Under the pieces are notes generated by a model that was given only the letters and a program-made list of their open reading frames with translations, was not told the DNA's origin and searched no databases. A DNA stretch of 51,489 nt, taken from Hyphomonadaceae bacterium. GTDB lineage: Bacteria > Pseudomonadota > Alphaproteobacteria > Caulobacterales > Aquidulcibacteraceae. Below are positions 18,733 to 27,932 of this stretch, one piece after another (within the stretch, counting starts at the first letter, position 1; each line of letters starts with the position of its first letter). Location: positions 1-51,489 of the forward strand of contig JAPUEP010000196.1 of assembly GCA_027492515.1 (NCBI GenBank). The letters run 5' to 3'. Position numbers and translations under genes: made by a program.

Positions 18733-20182
18733 TAATAGCGTTTTTATAAATAATGTTTGGCAAAATGGCGATGGTGTTAATTTTCAATCTTTAAACCCTG
18801 CAAATAATGAAATTGTATTTAGTGCAAATGGGGCAAGTGCCGCACAGGTTGGAAATGCGGTAAATGCAGCGCGCAAAGCCCAAAAATCATGGGCAAAAAT
18901 TGGGCGTGATGCGCGAATTGCCATAATGAATAATTATGCCGAAGAATTAAAAAAACGCAGTGATGAAATTGCCCTAACAATTTCACGTGACACGGGCAAA
19001 GCGCTTTGGGAAACTAAAACCGAAGCGGCAACTATGGTTGGAAAAATTGCAATTTCAACCCGCGCTTATAATGAGCGCACAGGCGCATTTTCAAAAGTAA
19101 CTGCTTTTGGTGAACTTGCACTTGATCATGCGCCTTATGGTGTGATGGCAGTTTTGGGGCCGTTTAATTTCCCAGGGCATTTGCCAAATGGTCATATTGT
19201 TCCGGCGCTTTTGGCGGGTAATACAATTGTATTTAAACCATCCGAACTTGCGCCCGCAATTGCAAATATTATGGCAGATGCATTCGCAGCGGCAGGTGTT
19301 CCTGAAGGTGTTGTCAATGTGGTTCATGGTGGGCGCGAAACTGGTGCGGCATTATTAGCATCAGATGTGAATGGGGTCTTGTTTACCGGCTCTGCCAGTA
19401 CCGGCACATATATTCACAAACTTTTTGGCGGTCGTCCAGAAGTTGTTCTTGCACTTGAAATGGGCGGCAATAACCCGCTTATCATTTGGGAACCATGTGA
19501 AATAGAGGCCGCCGCCGATATGATAATTCATTCAAGTTTTATCACAACGGGTCAAAGATGTTCATGTGCGCGCCGAATAATTCTTCCAAAAGGAAAATTT
19601 GGTGATGCGGTTTTGGAGGCAGTGGTCGCAAAATGCCAAAAAATGCGCATTGGTGCTTTTGATGATGAATTTGAACCATTTATTGGCCCAATTATCCATG
19701 AAAAAATGGCGCAAAATTATATTCATTTTGAGCAAAGCCTTATCGCAAAAGGCGGCAAACCGATTATGGGCGCAAAAATTCTTGAACGCGGGTCAGCTTT
19801 TGTTGCGCCTGCATTAATAGATATGACAAATGCCCATGAGCGTGAAGATGAAGAATTATTCGCGCCATTTGCCCAAGTTTTCCGTGTTGATAGTTTTGAT
19901 GATGCAATTGCGCGTGCAAATGATACGAAATTTGGCCTATCTTCTGGCCTTGTTTGTGATGATGCTAGCCTTTGGCATCGTGCACTTGGTGAAATGCATG
20001 CGGGTCTTATAAATTGGAATCGCCCAACAACAGGCGCAAGTGGGGAATTGCCTTTTGGTGGCCCTGGGCTTTCTGGTAATGGTCGTCCAAGCGCTTTTTA
20101 TGCGGCTGATTATTGTTCATATCCTGTTGCCCAACAGAATGCTATAATGGCGCAAAGGATAAAAGCCATAGGTTTGGAATGA
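18725..20182 (+). CDS. astD: succinylglutamate-semialdehyde dehydrogenase (ATG 18725 preferred over 18698)
   Basis: GPFNFPGHLPNGH, LALEMGGNNP, GQRCSCARR, NWNRPTTGA, SAFYAADYCSYP. Confidence 0.95.
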   Translation: MSNNSVFINNVWQNGDGVNFQSLNPANNEIVFSANGASAAQVGNAVNAARKAQKSWAKIGRDARIAIMNNYAEELKKRSDEIALTISRDTGKALWETKTEAATMVGKIAISTRAYNERTGAFSKVTAFGELALDHAPYGVMAVLGPFNFPGHLPNGHIVPALLAGNTIVFKPSELAPAIANIMADAFAAAGVPEGVVNVVHGGRETGAALLASDVNGVLFTGSASTGTYIHKLFGGRPEVVLALEMGGNNPLIIWEPCEIEAAADMIIHSSFITTGQRCSCARRIILPKGKFGDAVLEAVVAKCQKMRIGAFDDEFEPFIGPIIHEKMAQNYIHFEQSLIAKGGKPIMGAKILERGSAFVAPALIDMTNAHEREDEELFAPFAQVFRVDSFDDAIARANDTKFGLSSGLVCDDASLWHRALGEMHAGLINWNRPTTGASGELPFGGPGLSGNGRPSAFYAADYCSYPVAQQNAIMAQRIKAIGLE

Positions 20183-21090
20183 AAAATAGACAATTATTAA
20201 ACGCTTTTTCGCTTGCTTTTGCGGCGTTCACAATCACACCATTAAATGCAATTGCAGATGATCAGCCATTTGTAACCAATCGCGCGCGCCAAAAAGCGCC
20301 AATTTCTTATGAAGAAATTACAAAATTGCTTATTCCAAAAATTATGGAAATTCCATCTGTGCGTGGCGTGGTTGTTGATGAAAATATGCCAAATGCTTTG
20401 CGCGTTACGCATTCAACCAATCTTGTTGTTAGGCTTGATAATTTTTACAATAAAATGAATAAAGCAGGCACAGATAGGGATTTTGAAACCAAAAAATTTG
20501 TTGCAACTATTGCCGAAGTTATTGGAAAAAGTAATCCTTTTAAAACCGAAAATCTTCGAATTGTAATAAGAACCAAAGAAGCACTTGACGATTTTGAAAC
20601 CCAAACTGGTGCAAATGGTCAATTAAATAAAATCGTAAGACGCCCATTCATTGGCGATTTAGAAGAGGCATTGGTTGCCGAAACTAAAACATCAATTGCC
20701 TTTATGCCAATCGGCGAATTACAATCACTAAAATTAAGCGATGCGGATGCCTTTAGTTTGGCGGAAAAAACTTTTGCAACGCAATTTTCAAATATTGAAT
20801 GGGTAAAAACCAAAGATAATCTTATGATTGCCAAACTTGATGGCGCATTTGATACAAGCCTTTTGGCAATTCCATCAATTTGGCAAAATTTAGAGGCGCA
20901 AAATAATTTCCCTATCGCTGTAATTGCGCCAAATCGCGCTTTACTTCAAATTGGTCGCGCTGATTCAAAAGAAGATGTAGAGAAACTTTCCGCAATTGCA
21001 AAAAATGAGGCAACAGGCCCACACGCAATAAGTGATAAAGTTATGATTTGGAAAAATGATCATTGGGAATTTCTACAAACCCAAGATTAA
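20179..21090 (+). CDS. exported hypothetical protein, weakly DUF1444-like (ATG 20179 overlaps the astD stop)
   Basis: Sec-type signal MKNRQLL...NAIA; C-terminal IAVIAPNR.LL and ISDKV..WKND.W. Confidence 0.6.
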   Translation: MKNRQLLNAFSLAFAAFTITPLNAIADDQPFVTNRARQKAPISYEEITKLLIPKIMEIPSVRGVVVDENMPNALRVTHSTNLVVRLDNFYNKMNKAGTDRDFETKKFVATIAEVIGKSNPFKTENLRIVIRTKEALDDFETQTGANGQLNKIVRRPFIGDLEEALVAETKTSIAFMPIGELQSLKLSDADAFSLAEKTFATQFSNIEWVKTKDNLMIAKLDGAFDTSLLAIPSIWQNLEAQNNFPIAVIAPNRALLQIGRADSKEDVEKLSAIAKNEATGPHAISDKVMIWKNDHWEFLQTQD

Positions 21091-21165
21091 ATTCTTGAAT
21101 TTGGGGTATTCAATTGCAAAACCCCACAATAAAACCTAACAATTAACAAAATTATGGAGTTTCCA

Positions 21166-21792
21166 ATGAGCGGGCTTTTAGATACAATATTACAAGCAGG
21201 TGGTGGTTCAGCAGTTGATATGATTGCGGGCAAATTTGGCATAAGCCCAGCACAGGCACAAAGCGCAATTTCTGCGCTTTCACCAATGATTGCGGGTGGT
21301 TTTAAATCACAAGCACAACAAGGCGGCCTTGAAAATATTCTTGGTAGTGTTTTGACACCTGAACATGCAAATATTGGTGCTGATCCTGCTGAACTTGCGC
21401 GCCCTGGAACAACTGATGCGGGAAATCAGATTTTGGGTGCTATTTTTGGTTCTAAAGAAGTTTCACGCGAAGTTGCATCCCAAGCATCTGGTCAAACTGG
21501 ATTGCCAACTGATTTATTGAAACAAATGCTTCCTATCATTGCAATGATGGCGGCGGGAACAATGGCTAATAAAGCAAATTCAGGCGGCCTTGGTGGCATG
21601 CTTGGCAATATGATTGGTAATGCTGTTGGCGGCAATGTTGGTGGTGCACTTGGTGGCCTTTTGGGCGGTGGTGCGCAAACTGCTAATGCTGGTGCTGGCG
21701 GCGGTGCATTGGGTTCAATCGCCAATATGCTTGATATGGATCATGATGGTAACCCACTTGATGACATTATGGGAATGCTTGGTAAGCGCTAA
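21166..21792 (+). CDS. DUF937 family protein
   Basis: GNQILGAIFGSKEVSR, LKQMLPIIA, Gly-rich linker, LDMDHDGNPLDD; GGAG SD before ATG 21166. Confidence 0.88.
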   Translation: MSGLLDTILQAGGGSAVDMIAGKFGISPAQAQSAISALSPMIAGGFKSQAQQGGLENILGSVLTPEHANIGADPAELARPGTTDAGNQILGAIFGSKEVSREVASQASGQTGLPTDLLKQMLPIIAMMAAGTMANKANSGGLGGMLGNMIGNAVGGNVGGALGGLLGGGAQTANAGAGGGALGSIANMLDMDHDGNPLDDIMGMLGKR

Positions 21793-21797
21793 AAATT

Positions 21798-21821
21798 AAG
21801 GCCCCAAACGGGGCCTTTTTT
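21798..21821. terminator. intrinsic terminator between convergent DUF937 and HIT genes
   Basis: AAGGCCCC-AAAC-GGGGCCTT then TTTT. Confidence 0.85.
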
Positions 21822-21828
21822 GTGGCTT

Positions 21829-22224
21829 TTACATATGCGACTTTAATTTATTTAATGTCTCATTTGAACAATGATAGGGAATTGGTTGACCATTTCCCCA
21901 TACTGGCCCAGGCCAAGCGGCATCACCAATTTTTCGCCCGATTATATGTATATGCAATTGTGAAACAATATTTCCAAGCGCGCCAATATTGATTTTATCA
22001 AAATGACCAAAATTCTTTATCAATTTTGAAATAGTCGTAATTTCATTGAAAATTTCACCTTGTTCAAAAAGGGATAAATCATGAAGTTCAACGGCGTTTT
22101 CAATTCTTGGAACTAATACAAGCCATAAAAAACGACTATCATTCATTAATCTTAATTGGCAAACATCTAAATTCGCAACGAATATAGTATCTTTTTCTAA
22201 TTGTGGATGAAGTTTAAACCCCAA
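21829..22224 (-). CDS. HIT family protein
   Basis: LMNDSRF.WLVLVPR, KINIGALGNIVSQLHIHII, DAAWPGPVWG. Confidence 0.92.
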   Translation of the reverse strand: MGFKLHPQLEKDTIFVANLDVCQLRLMNDSRFLWLVLVPRIENAVELHDLSLFEQGEIFNEITTISKLIKNFGHFDKINIGALGNIVSQLHIHIIGRKIGDAAWPGPVWGNGQPIPYHCSNETLNKLKSHM

Positions 22225-23284
22225 TTTTCAATGCCTTTTTAAGCGGAATCGCCACCCAATAATCTAAATCAAGAATTACATTTGGCAAGTAGTTATTGTC
22301 TTGATCTTTATGGGGAAAATTGTCGCATGGGAGGTCTTTGGTGGCAATTAATTTTAATCTTAAAGCGCCCCATGAATTTCCAATTTCACATTTGTCCAAA
22401 ATTTGTGACCATGCATAAATTGTATCACCAGCAAAAAATGGATTTACGTGGCGCCCCGCATTTATTGCCAAAATATGCCCCGCATTTCCAAGGCCATTGA
22501 ATGCAATTGCGCGCGCGGTTGAAATAACAACGCCGCCATAAACAAGCCTTCGACCAATTTTAGAAGATTTTTGCCCAAAAGCATCAAAGTGAACGCGCGC
22601 AGTATTTTGATAAAGGCGGGTTGCCATTTGATGTTCGGCTTCTTCAATCGCCATTGCATCGCGGTGGTCAATCTTTTCGCCAATTTCATAATCTTCATAG
22701 GCAAAAGGTGAACCTGATAAATAAGTATCCCACGAATTTGGCTTTATTTTGCATGGTGGAATTAATTCCGATGGTTCAACAAAAGCTTTTAATTCAGGGA
22801 CAACCTGATTTTCAATTTTAGTATCAAAATTACCCTTATTCACCATCACCCAGCGAACATAGGATAAAACTAAATCACCAAATTGATTAAATCCTTTTGT
22901 GCGAACATAAACAACACCAGTTTTGCCATTTGAGTTTTCTTTTAATCCAATCACTTCGGAAACTGATGTTATTGAATCGCCACATTTTACAGGATGATGA
23001 AATTTACATTCTGCATAACCAAGATTGGCAACTGCATTTAATGAAATATCGGGAACAGTTTTTCCAAAAACAATATGAAATAGTAAAAGCGGGTCAATCG
23101 GCCAGTTTTCAAAACCAACATCTTGCGCAAATTTTTTAGAAGAAAATTCAGGATAGCGTGAACCACTTAAGGCAATATAAGTTGCAAAATCGCCTTCTGT
23201 TATTGTGCGTGGTGTTGCGTGATGTAAAATTGCCCCAATTTTGAAATCTTCAAAAAAATTGCCTTTAAATGCTTTATTTGTCAT
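22214..23284 (-). CDS. mch: mesaconyl-CoA hydratase (double MaoC/hot-dog); ATG 23284 preferred
   Basis: GNFFEDF, HATPRT, FHIVFGKTVPDISLNAVANLGY, GLKENSNGKTGVVYVRT, ATRLYQNTARVHF. Confidence 0.88.
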   Translation of the reverse strand: MTNKAFKGNFFEDFKIGAILHHATPRTITEGDFATYIALSGSRYPEFSSKKFAQDVGFENWPIDPLLLFHIVFGKTVPDISLNAVANLGYAECKFHHPVKCGDSITSVSEVIGLKENSNGKTGVVYVRTKGFNQFGDLVLSYVRWVMVNKGNFDTKIENQVVPELKAFVEPSELIPPCKIKPNSWDTYLSGSPFAYEDYEIGEKIDHRDAMAIEEAEHQMATRLYQNTARVHFDAFGQKSSKIGRRLVYGGVVISTARAIAFNGLGNAGHILAINAGRHVNPFFAGDTIYAWSQILDKCEIGNSWGALRLKLIATKDLPCDNFPHKDQDNNYLPNVILDLDYWVAIPLKKALKIGV

Positions 23285-23291
23285 TTTCCCC

Positions 23292-23885
23292 TCAGATAAT
23301 TTCGCAGGCTTCGGCAAAATCTAGTCTTGGCAATCTTGGATGATGCGGCTCGCTATCGGCTTTATAGCCAAGATTGATAAGGAAATTTGATTTATAGCCA
23401 GATTTGCCAAAAAACTCTTTATCAACGCCTGCATTATCAAAACCAGACATAGGGCCGCAATCTAGACCAATGGCGCGGGCCGCCATTATCATATAGGCCG
23501 CGCCCAATGTTGCATTCATAAAACCTGCCGCATAGCCTTTATCAGGGGTTTGCTCATACCAATCGCGCGCCGCCGGCATATGGGGGAATAATTTTGGCAC
23601 TTTTTCGTAAAATTTCGGGTCAAAGGCCGCAATAATTGTAACTGGCGCTTTCATAGTTTTATCAGTATTATTTGGCGCAAGATATGGTTTTAGGCGCGCT
23701 TTTGCATCTTGTGATTTAACAAATAAAAAGCGCGCAGGGTTTGAATTTGCTGCGGTTGGGCCAAGGCGCGCAAGTTCGTATAATTTGTTTAATTTCTCAT
23801 CCTCAATTTGCTTATCGGACCAGATATTTATGGTTCTTGCTTCTAAAAATAATTGATCGAGAATTTCTTTAGGCAATTCGTTCAT
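23292..23885 (-). CDS. nitroreductase, RutE/malonic semialdehyde reductase family
   Basis: LDQLF.EART, GPTAANSNPARF, GLDCGPMSGFD, NFLINLGY, RLPRL.F.EAC. Confidence 0.9.
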   Translation of the reverse strand: MNELPKEILDQLFLEARTINIWSDKQIEDEKLNKLYELARLGPTAANSNPARFLFVKSQDAKARLKPYLAPNNTDKTMKAPVTIIAAFDPKFYEKVPKLFPHMPAARDWYEQTPDKGYAAGFMNATLGAAYMIMAARAIGLDCGPMSGFDNAGVDKEFFGKSGYKSNFLINLGYKADSEPHHPRLPRLDFAEACEII

Positions 23886-25449
23886 TATTAAAACTTTCCT
23901 TTAAATGATTTGCAACACGCAATGCGTTGGCAACAATAGTAAGGGTTGGGTTTACCGCCGATGATGAAACAAAGAAACTTGAATCAGTGACATATAAATT
24001 ATCCAAATCATGTGCCTTACAATTTATATCAAGAACAGATGTTTTTGCATCTGTACCAAAGCGCAAAGTTCCACATTGATGTGCGGTTCCATAAAGCGGC
24101 AATAATTGATCAATTTCAAAATGCGGTTCAAAAAACACATGGGTTTTTAGGCTAAAATGTGAAAGCGCCTTTTCAAGTTTCTTGATAAGTTTTTTATTAC
24201 TTTCAAGATTATTTGGTGTGTAAGAAAGGCGAATTGTTCCATCTTCTTCAACGCTAATTCTATTATCTGGCATTCCCAAATCCTCACTCATGGCAAGGAA
24301 TGCGACCATATGTTTTCCAAGTGTATCTGATAAAAAATCTGGAATAAATTCTGGTGGAATATAATCAGATAATTGCCCCTCAAGGGTTTGCCCTGACATA
24401 TATTCTAATAATTGAATTTGCCCCATTGGGTAATTGTATGAACCATCGGGGTCACCAAAATAAAAATCATTTACGGCAAATGTTTTTGGAAAATCGGATT
24501 TGAATTCATCGGCTAAAACTGAAATTACAGCTGATGTTGTGTGGAACATATAATTTCGTCCAACCATATCAGATGAATTTGCAAGCCCATTCGGATGCTT
24601 ATAATCCGCCGATTTCAACAAAATTGCCGCAGAATTTATTGCACCAGCGGCAAGTATAAAAATATCGGCGCTAAATTCAACAATATCATCGCCAACAAGG
24701 CATTCAACGGAAATAACTTTCTTTCCAGTTTTATCGGTATTCAAACGTTCAACCTTATGTGATGTCAAAAGTGTTACATTTGGATATTTAAGGGCAGGTT
24801 CAATTACACAGGTGCGTGCATCGGATTTTGCACTTAAAAAGCATGGATAACCGCCACAGGTCTTGCAACGAATACAGCGCGACATAAAGGGGTGCATATC
24901 ATCACGCCTAATTCCAAGCGGAAGCGGTGAGGGGTGCCAGCCCAAATTATGAAAATATTCCTTTAATTTTGCCACACCCTCATCATCGATAATTGCGGGA
25001 TATGGGTATTCGGGGTCGGTTTTTTCATCATTTGGGTCGATGCCGCGTTTACCGTGAACCTGCCACAATTTTTCAGCTTTTTCATACCATGGCGCCCATT
25101 CATCATATTTGATTGGCCATGCGGGTGAAATACCGTCCACATGTTCAACATTTTCAAAATCACGGCGTTTCATACGCATTAAAGCCGCGCCATAAAAACT
25201 TGTATTTCCGCCAACCCAATAATTTGTATTTGGCTTTAAAACTTTGCCATCTTTATCAAGCCATGTTTCCTTTGTGCGGTATTTTTTATCTATAAAAACC
25301 GCCTTTGGGCTCCAATTATCAATTTCACGCGGTAAATGTTCACCGCGTTCAATTATAAGAATTTTTTTTCCAGTTTTCGCAAGTTCAAGCGCCATTGTGC
25401 CGCCACCTGCGCCAGAACCAATAATGATAATATCATATTTATTTGGCAT
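23869..25449 (-). CDS. GMC family FAD oxidoreductase
   Basis: IIIGSGAGG, VGGNT..YGA, CIRCKTCGGYPC, VGRNYMFH, HQCGT, NPTLTI.ANALR. Confidence 0.92.
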   Translation of the reverse strand: MPNKYDIIIIGSGAGGGTMALELAKTGKKILIIERGEHLPREIDNWSPKAVFIDKKYRTKETWLDKDGKVLKPNTNYWVGGNTSFYGAALMRMKRRDFENVEHVDGISPAWPIKYDEWAPWYEKAEKLWQVHGKRGIDPNDEKTDPEYPYPAIIDDEGVAKLKEYFHNLGWHPSPLPLGIRRDDMHPFMSRCIRCKTCGGYPCFLSAKSDARTCVIEPALKYPNVTLLTSHKVERLNTDKTGKKVISVECLVGDDIVEFSADIFILAAGAINSAAILLKSADYKHPNGLANSSDMVGRNYMFHTTSAVISVLADEFKSDFPKTFAVNDFYFGDPDGSYNYPMGQIQLLEYMSGQTLEGQLSDYIPPEFIPDFLSDTLGKHMVAFLAMSEDLGMPDNRISVEEDGTIRLSYTPNNLESNKKLIKKLEKALSHFSLKTHVFFEPHFEIDQLLPLYGTAHQCGTLRFGTDAKTSVLDINCKAHDLDNLYVTDSSFFVSSSAVNPTLTIVANALRVANHLKESFNNERIA

Positions 25450-26243
25450 TATTTAATCACCATTTTCTTTGCTTCACGCCTTATGATTGGGTTTAAAATA
25501 AATTCAGGAACAAATTTCATCATTGCAACCGCGAATTTGTTGGCAAATCCGCTTATGACGATTTCCTTTCCGTTTGAATTTCCCTCAAGCGCGGATTTTA
25601 CAACATCAATTGTTGGCATGGGCTTTAAAATATTATCCTTGCCCATTTTTTCATTCATACCATTATGAGTTTGAAATTCACTTTGGGTTGCCCCCGGGCA
25701 AAGGGCGGTGACATTAATTCCCAAATCACAATTTTCCGCCGCCAAAGAGCGTGACATTTTCAAAATATATGATTTTGCCGCAGGGTATAAGGAATGCCCC
25801 GCCGCACCATTTGAAAAAGCAACCATGGAAGAAACATTTATAATTCGCCCAAATTTTTTCGCCCGCATTTGCGGTAAAAAGGCATGACACAAAATGGTTG
25901 GCGCCGTGACGCAAGTTTCAACAAAATCCATTTGTGCCGATAATTCAGTATTGTGAAATTCACGGGCAACTGAAAAACCTGCATTATTAATAAGGCCATC
26001 AATTTCAATATTTTGCGATTTTATTTTTTCAACCAAAGCCAATGTTTCATCGCGTTTTGATAAATCACATGAAAAGCAATAACATTTAATTTGAAATTGA
26101 TTTTGTAAATCCTCGGCAAGTTTTTCTAATCTATCAAGGCGTCTTGCCACTAAAACTAAATCATGGCCCGCGTTTGCCAATTCTTGTGCAAAACATTCGC
26201 CAATACCTGATGAAGCGCCCGTGATTAAATAAGTAAGTGACAA
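25449..26243 (-). CDS. short-chain dehydrogenase/reductase
   Basis: TGASSGIG, LVARR, NNAG, YPAAK, LCPG. Confidence 0.93.
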   Translation of the reverse strand: MSLTYLITGASSGIGECFAQELANAGHDLVLVARRLDRLEKLAEDLQNQFQIKCYCFSCDLSKRDETLALVEKIKSQNIEIDGLINNAGFSVAREFHNTELSAQMDFVETCVTAPTILCHAFLPQMRAKKFGRIINVSSMVAFSNGAAGHSLYPAAKSYILKMSRSLAAENCDLGINVTALCPGATQSEFQTHNGMNEKMGKDNILKPMPTIDVVKSALEGNSNGKEIVISGFANKFAVAMMKFVPEFILNPIIRREAKKMVIK

Positions 26244-26254
26244 TCATGCCCCCT

Positions 26255-26929
26255 TTATGGTTTTATAAATTCATAAACCAAAATCATTGGCTTGCAATTA
26301 TATTTTGCCCATTCTTGGTGAATATTTGCAAGATTTGAAGTTCCATAGAAAACAGATTTTTGCATCATTTCAAAACCTGCCATTTTTGCGGCATTTTCGA
26401 AATCTTGTTCATTGTGTGAAAAACTTTTAGCCCGAATTTCAACATTGCTTTCTTTATCAATAAATCGCGCCCCAGAGCCGTTTTGCATTCTTTGCGGGTG
26501 AATTTCACTTATAAAAAAGCTGGCGCCTGATTTTAAATTTGCAAAAACTTTTGCAAAAACTTTGTTCAAATCCTCAATATGTTCAAGAACAAGTGAGATG
26601 ATGGCAAAATCAAAATCATTATCTTTGATTTCAAGGTTGATATAATCACCACAAATGAAATTCACATCATATTTTTTGGTTTTCAACTTTGCCTTTTCAA
26701 GCATATTTTTAGAAATATCAATTGCGGTAATATTGTGATTTGCCTGCGCCAATTTTTGTGTATTGCGCCCACTTCCGCACCCTATTTCCAAGGCTTTTTT
26801 ATTGTTTAAATTACCCCAAAATTTATGAAAATATAATTCATCAATATAAATTGTCGAATTAATATCTTCATCATAGGTTTTGGCCCATGCATCATAAAAT
26901 TTGCTATTTTCTTCGCCAGTTTGTCGCAC
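26255..26929 (-). CDS. class I SAM-dependent methyltransferase
   Basis: YDAWA..YD, LEIGCGSGR, IDIS..ML, LVLEHI. Confidence 0.9.
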   Translation of the reverse strand: MRQTGEENSKFYDAWAKTYDEDINSTIYIDELYFHKFWGNLNNKKALEIGCGSGRNTQKLAQANHNITAIDISKNMLEKAKLKTKKYDVNFICGDYINLEIKDNDFDFAIISLVLEHIEDLNKVFAKVFANLKSGASFFISEIHPQRMQNGSGARFIDKESNVEIRAKSFSHNEQDFENAAKMAGFEMMQKSVFYGTSNLANIHQEWAKYNCKPMILVYEFIKP

Positions 26930-26959
26930 TTTAAAACCCCAAAATTAAGCATATTATTC

Positions 26960-26988
26960 TTGTATTATTAACCCATAGGCTATAATCA
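26960..26988 (+). promoter_or_regulatory. putative sigma70-type promoter of galU
   Basis: TTGTAT-N17-TAATCA (contains GCTATAATC). Confidence 0.45.
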
Positions 26989-27052
26989 TGCACGAATAAA
27001 AGCTATTAATATATATAATCCTCGTGGGAAGTTCTGTATTTAAGGGGGAATA

Positions 27053-27925
27053 ATGAATAAAAAAATTCGTAAAGCTGTAATGCCTGTTGCAGGTTTTGGA
27101 ACACGCGTTTTACCAGCTACAAAAAGCCTTCCAAAAGAAATGTTGCCTGTTTTTGATAGACCTGCGGTTCATTGGGTTGTTGAAGAAGCATTAGAGGCGG
27201 GGATTGAGCATTTTGTTTTTGTAACAGGTCGAAACAAATCATCAATTTCTGATTATTTTGACCGCGCTTTTGAACTTGAAGAAACGTTGGCGCGCGCGGG
27301 TAAAACAAAACAATTGGAAATGTTGCAAAATATGTTGCCAGTTGCGGGTTCAAAATCTTTTGTTCGCCAACAATCACCACTTGGCCTTGGTCATGCGGTT
27401 TGGTGTGCGCGCGATATTATTGGTAACGAACCATTCGCAGTTCTATTACCTGACGTATTGGTTCAAGCGCAAAGATCTTGTCTGCATCAAATGATTGATG
27501 CCTATGAAAAAGTTGGCGGTAATATTATTGCGGTTGACCAAGTGCCAATGGATCAAGTTTCTTCTTATGGCGTGATTGCGCATGGTGCACGTGAAGGCAA
27601 TATAATGCCAATCACCGATATGGTAGAAAAGCCAAAACAAGAAAACGCGCCAAGTAATTTGAAAATTACGGGTCGTTATATTTTGCAACCTGAAATTTTT
27701 GACATTTTAGAAAACCAAGAACGCGGTGCGGGCGGTGAAATCCAATTAACTGATGCGATGCATGAATTAATGAAAACCCAAAAATTCAGCGCCGTAGAAT
27801 TTGATGGCGAAGATTTTGATTGTGGTTCGCGCGAAGGTTATACAGAGGCATTCCTAGCATATGCATTGAAAGACGAAGATTTAGGTGGCAATATACGCGC
27901 AATAGTCGAACGGCTTTTAAAATAG
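27053..27925 (+). CDS. galU: UTP--glucose-1-phosphate uridylyltransferase
   Basis: PVAGFGTRVLPATK..PKEMLP, RQ..PLGLGHAV, VEKP, GRYIL, EIQLTDA. Confidence 0.96.
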   Translation: MNKKIRKAVMPVAGFGTRVLPATKSLPKEMLPVFDRPAVHWVVEEALEAGIEHFVFVTGRNKSSISDYFDRAFELEETLARAGKTKQLEMLQNMLPVAGSKSFVRQQSPLGLGHAVWCARDIIGNEPFAVLLPDVLVQAQRSCLHQMIDAYEKVGGNIIAVDQVPMDQVSSYGVIAHGAREGNIMPITDMVEKPKQENAPSNLKITGRYILQPEIFDILENQERGAGGEIQLTDAMHELMKTQKFSAVEFDGEDFDCGSREGYTEAFLAYALKDEDLGGNIRAIVERLLK

Positions 27926-27932
27926 GTTTCTT

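Noticed and set aside
21094-21127. TGGGGT...ACCCCA inverted repeat and possible sigma54 or sigma32 motif before DUF937
   Set aside because: Long loop and no U-tract; GG-N10-GC lacks the CAC core; CTTGAA-CCCCA spacing (22 nt) is too long for sigma32.
21580-21715. Repetitive GGC/GGT-rich tract
   Set aside because: It encodes the Gly-rich linker typical of DUF937 proteins; not a DNA repeat or array.
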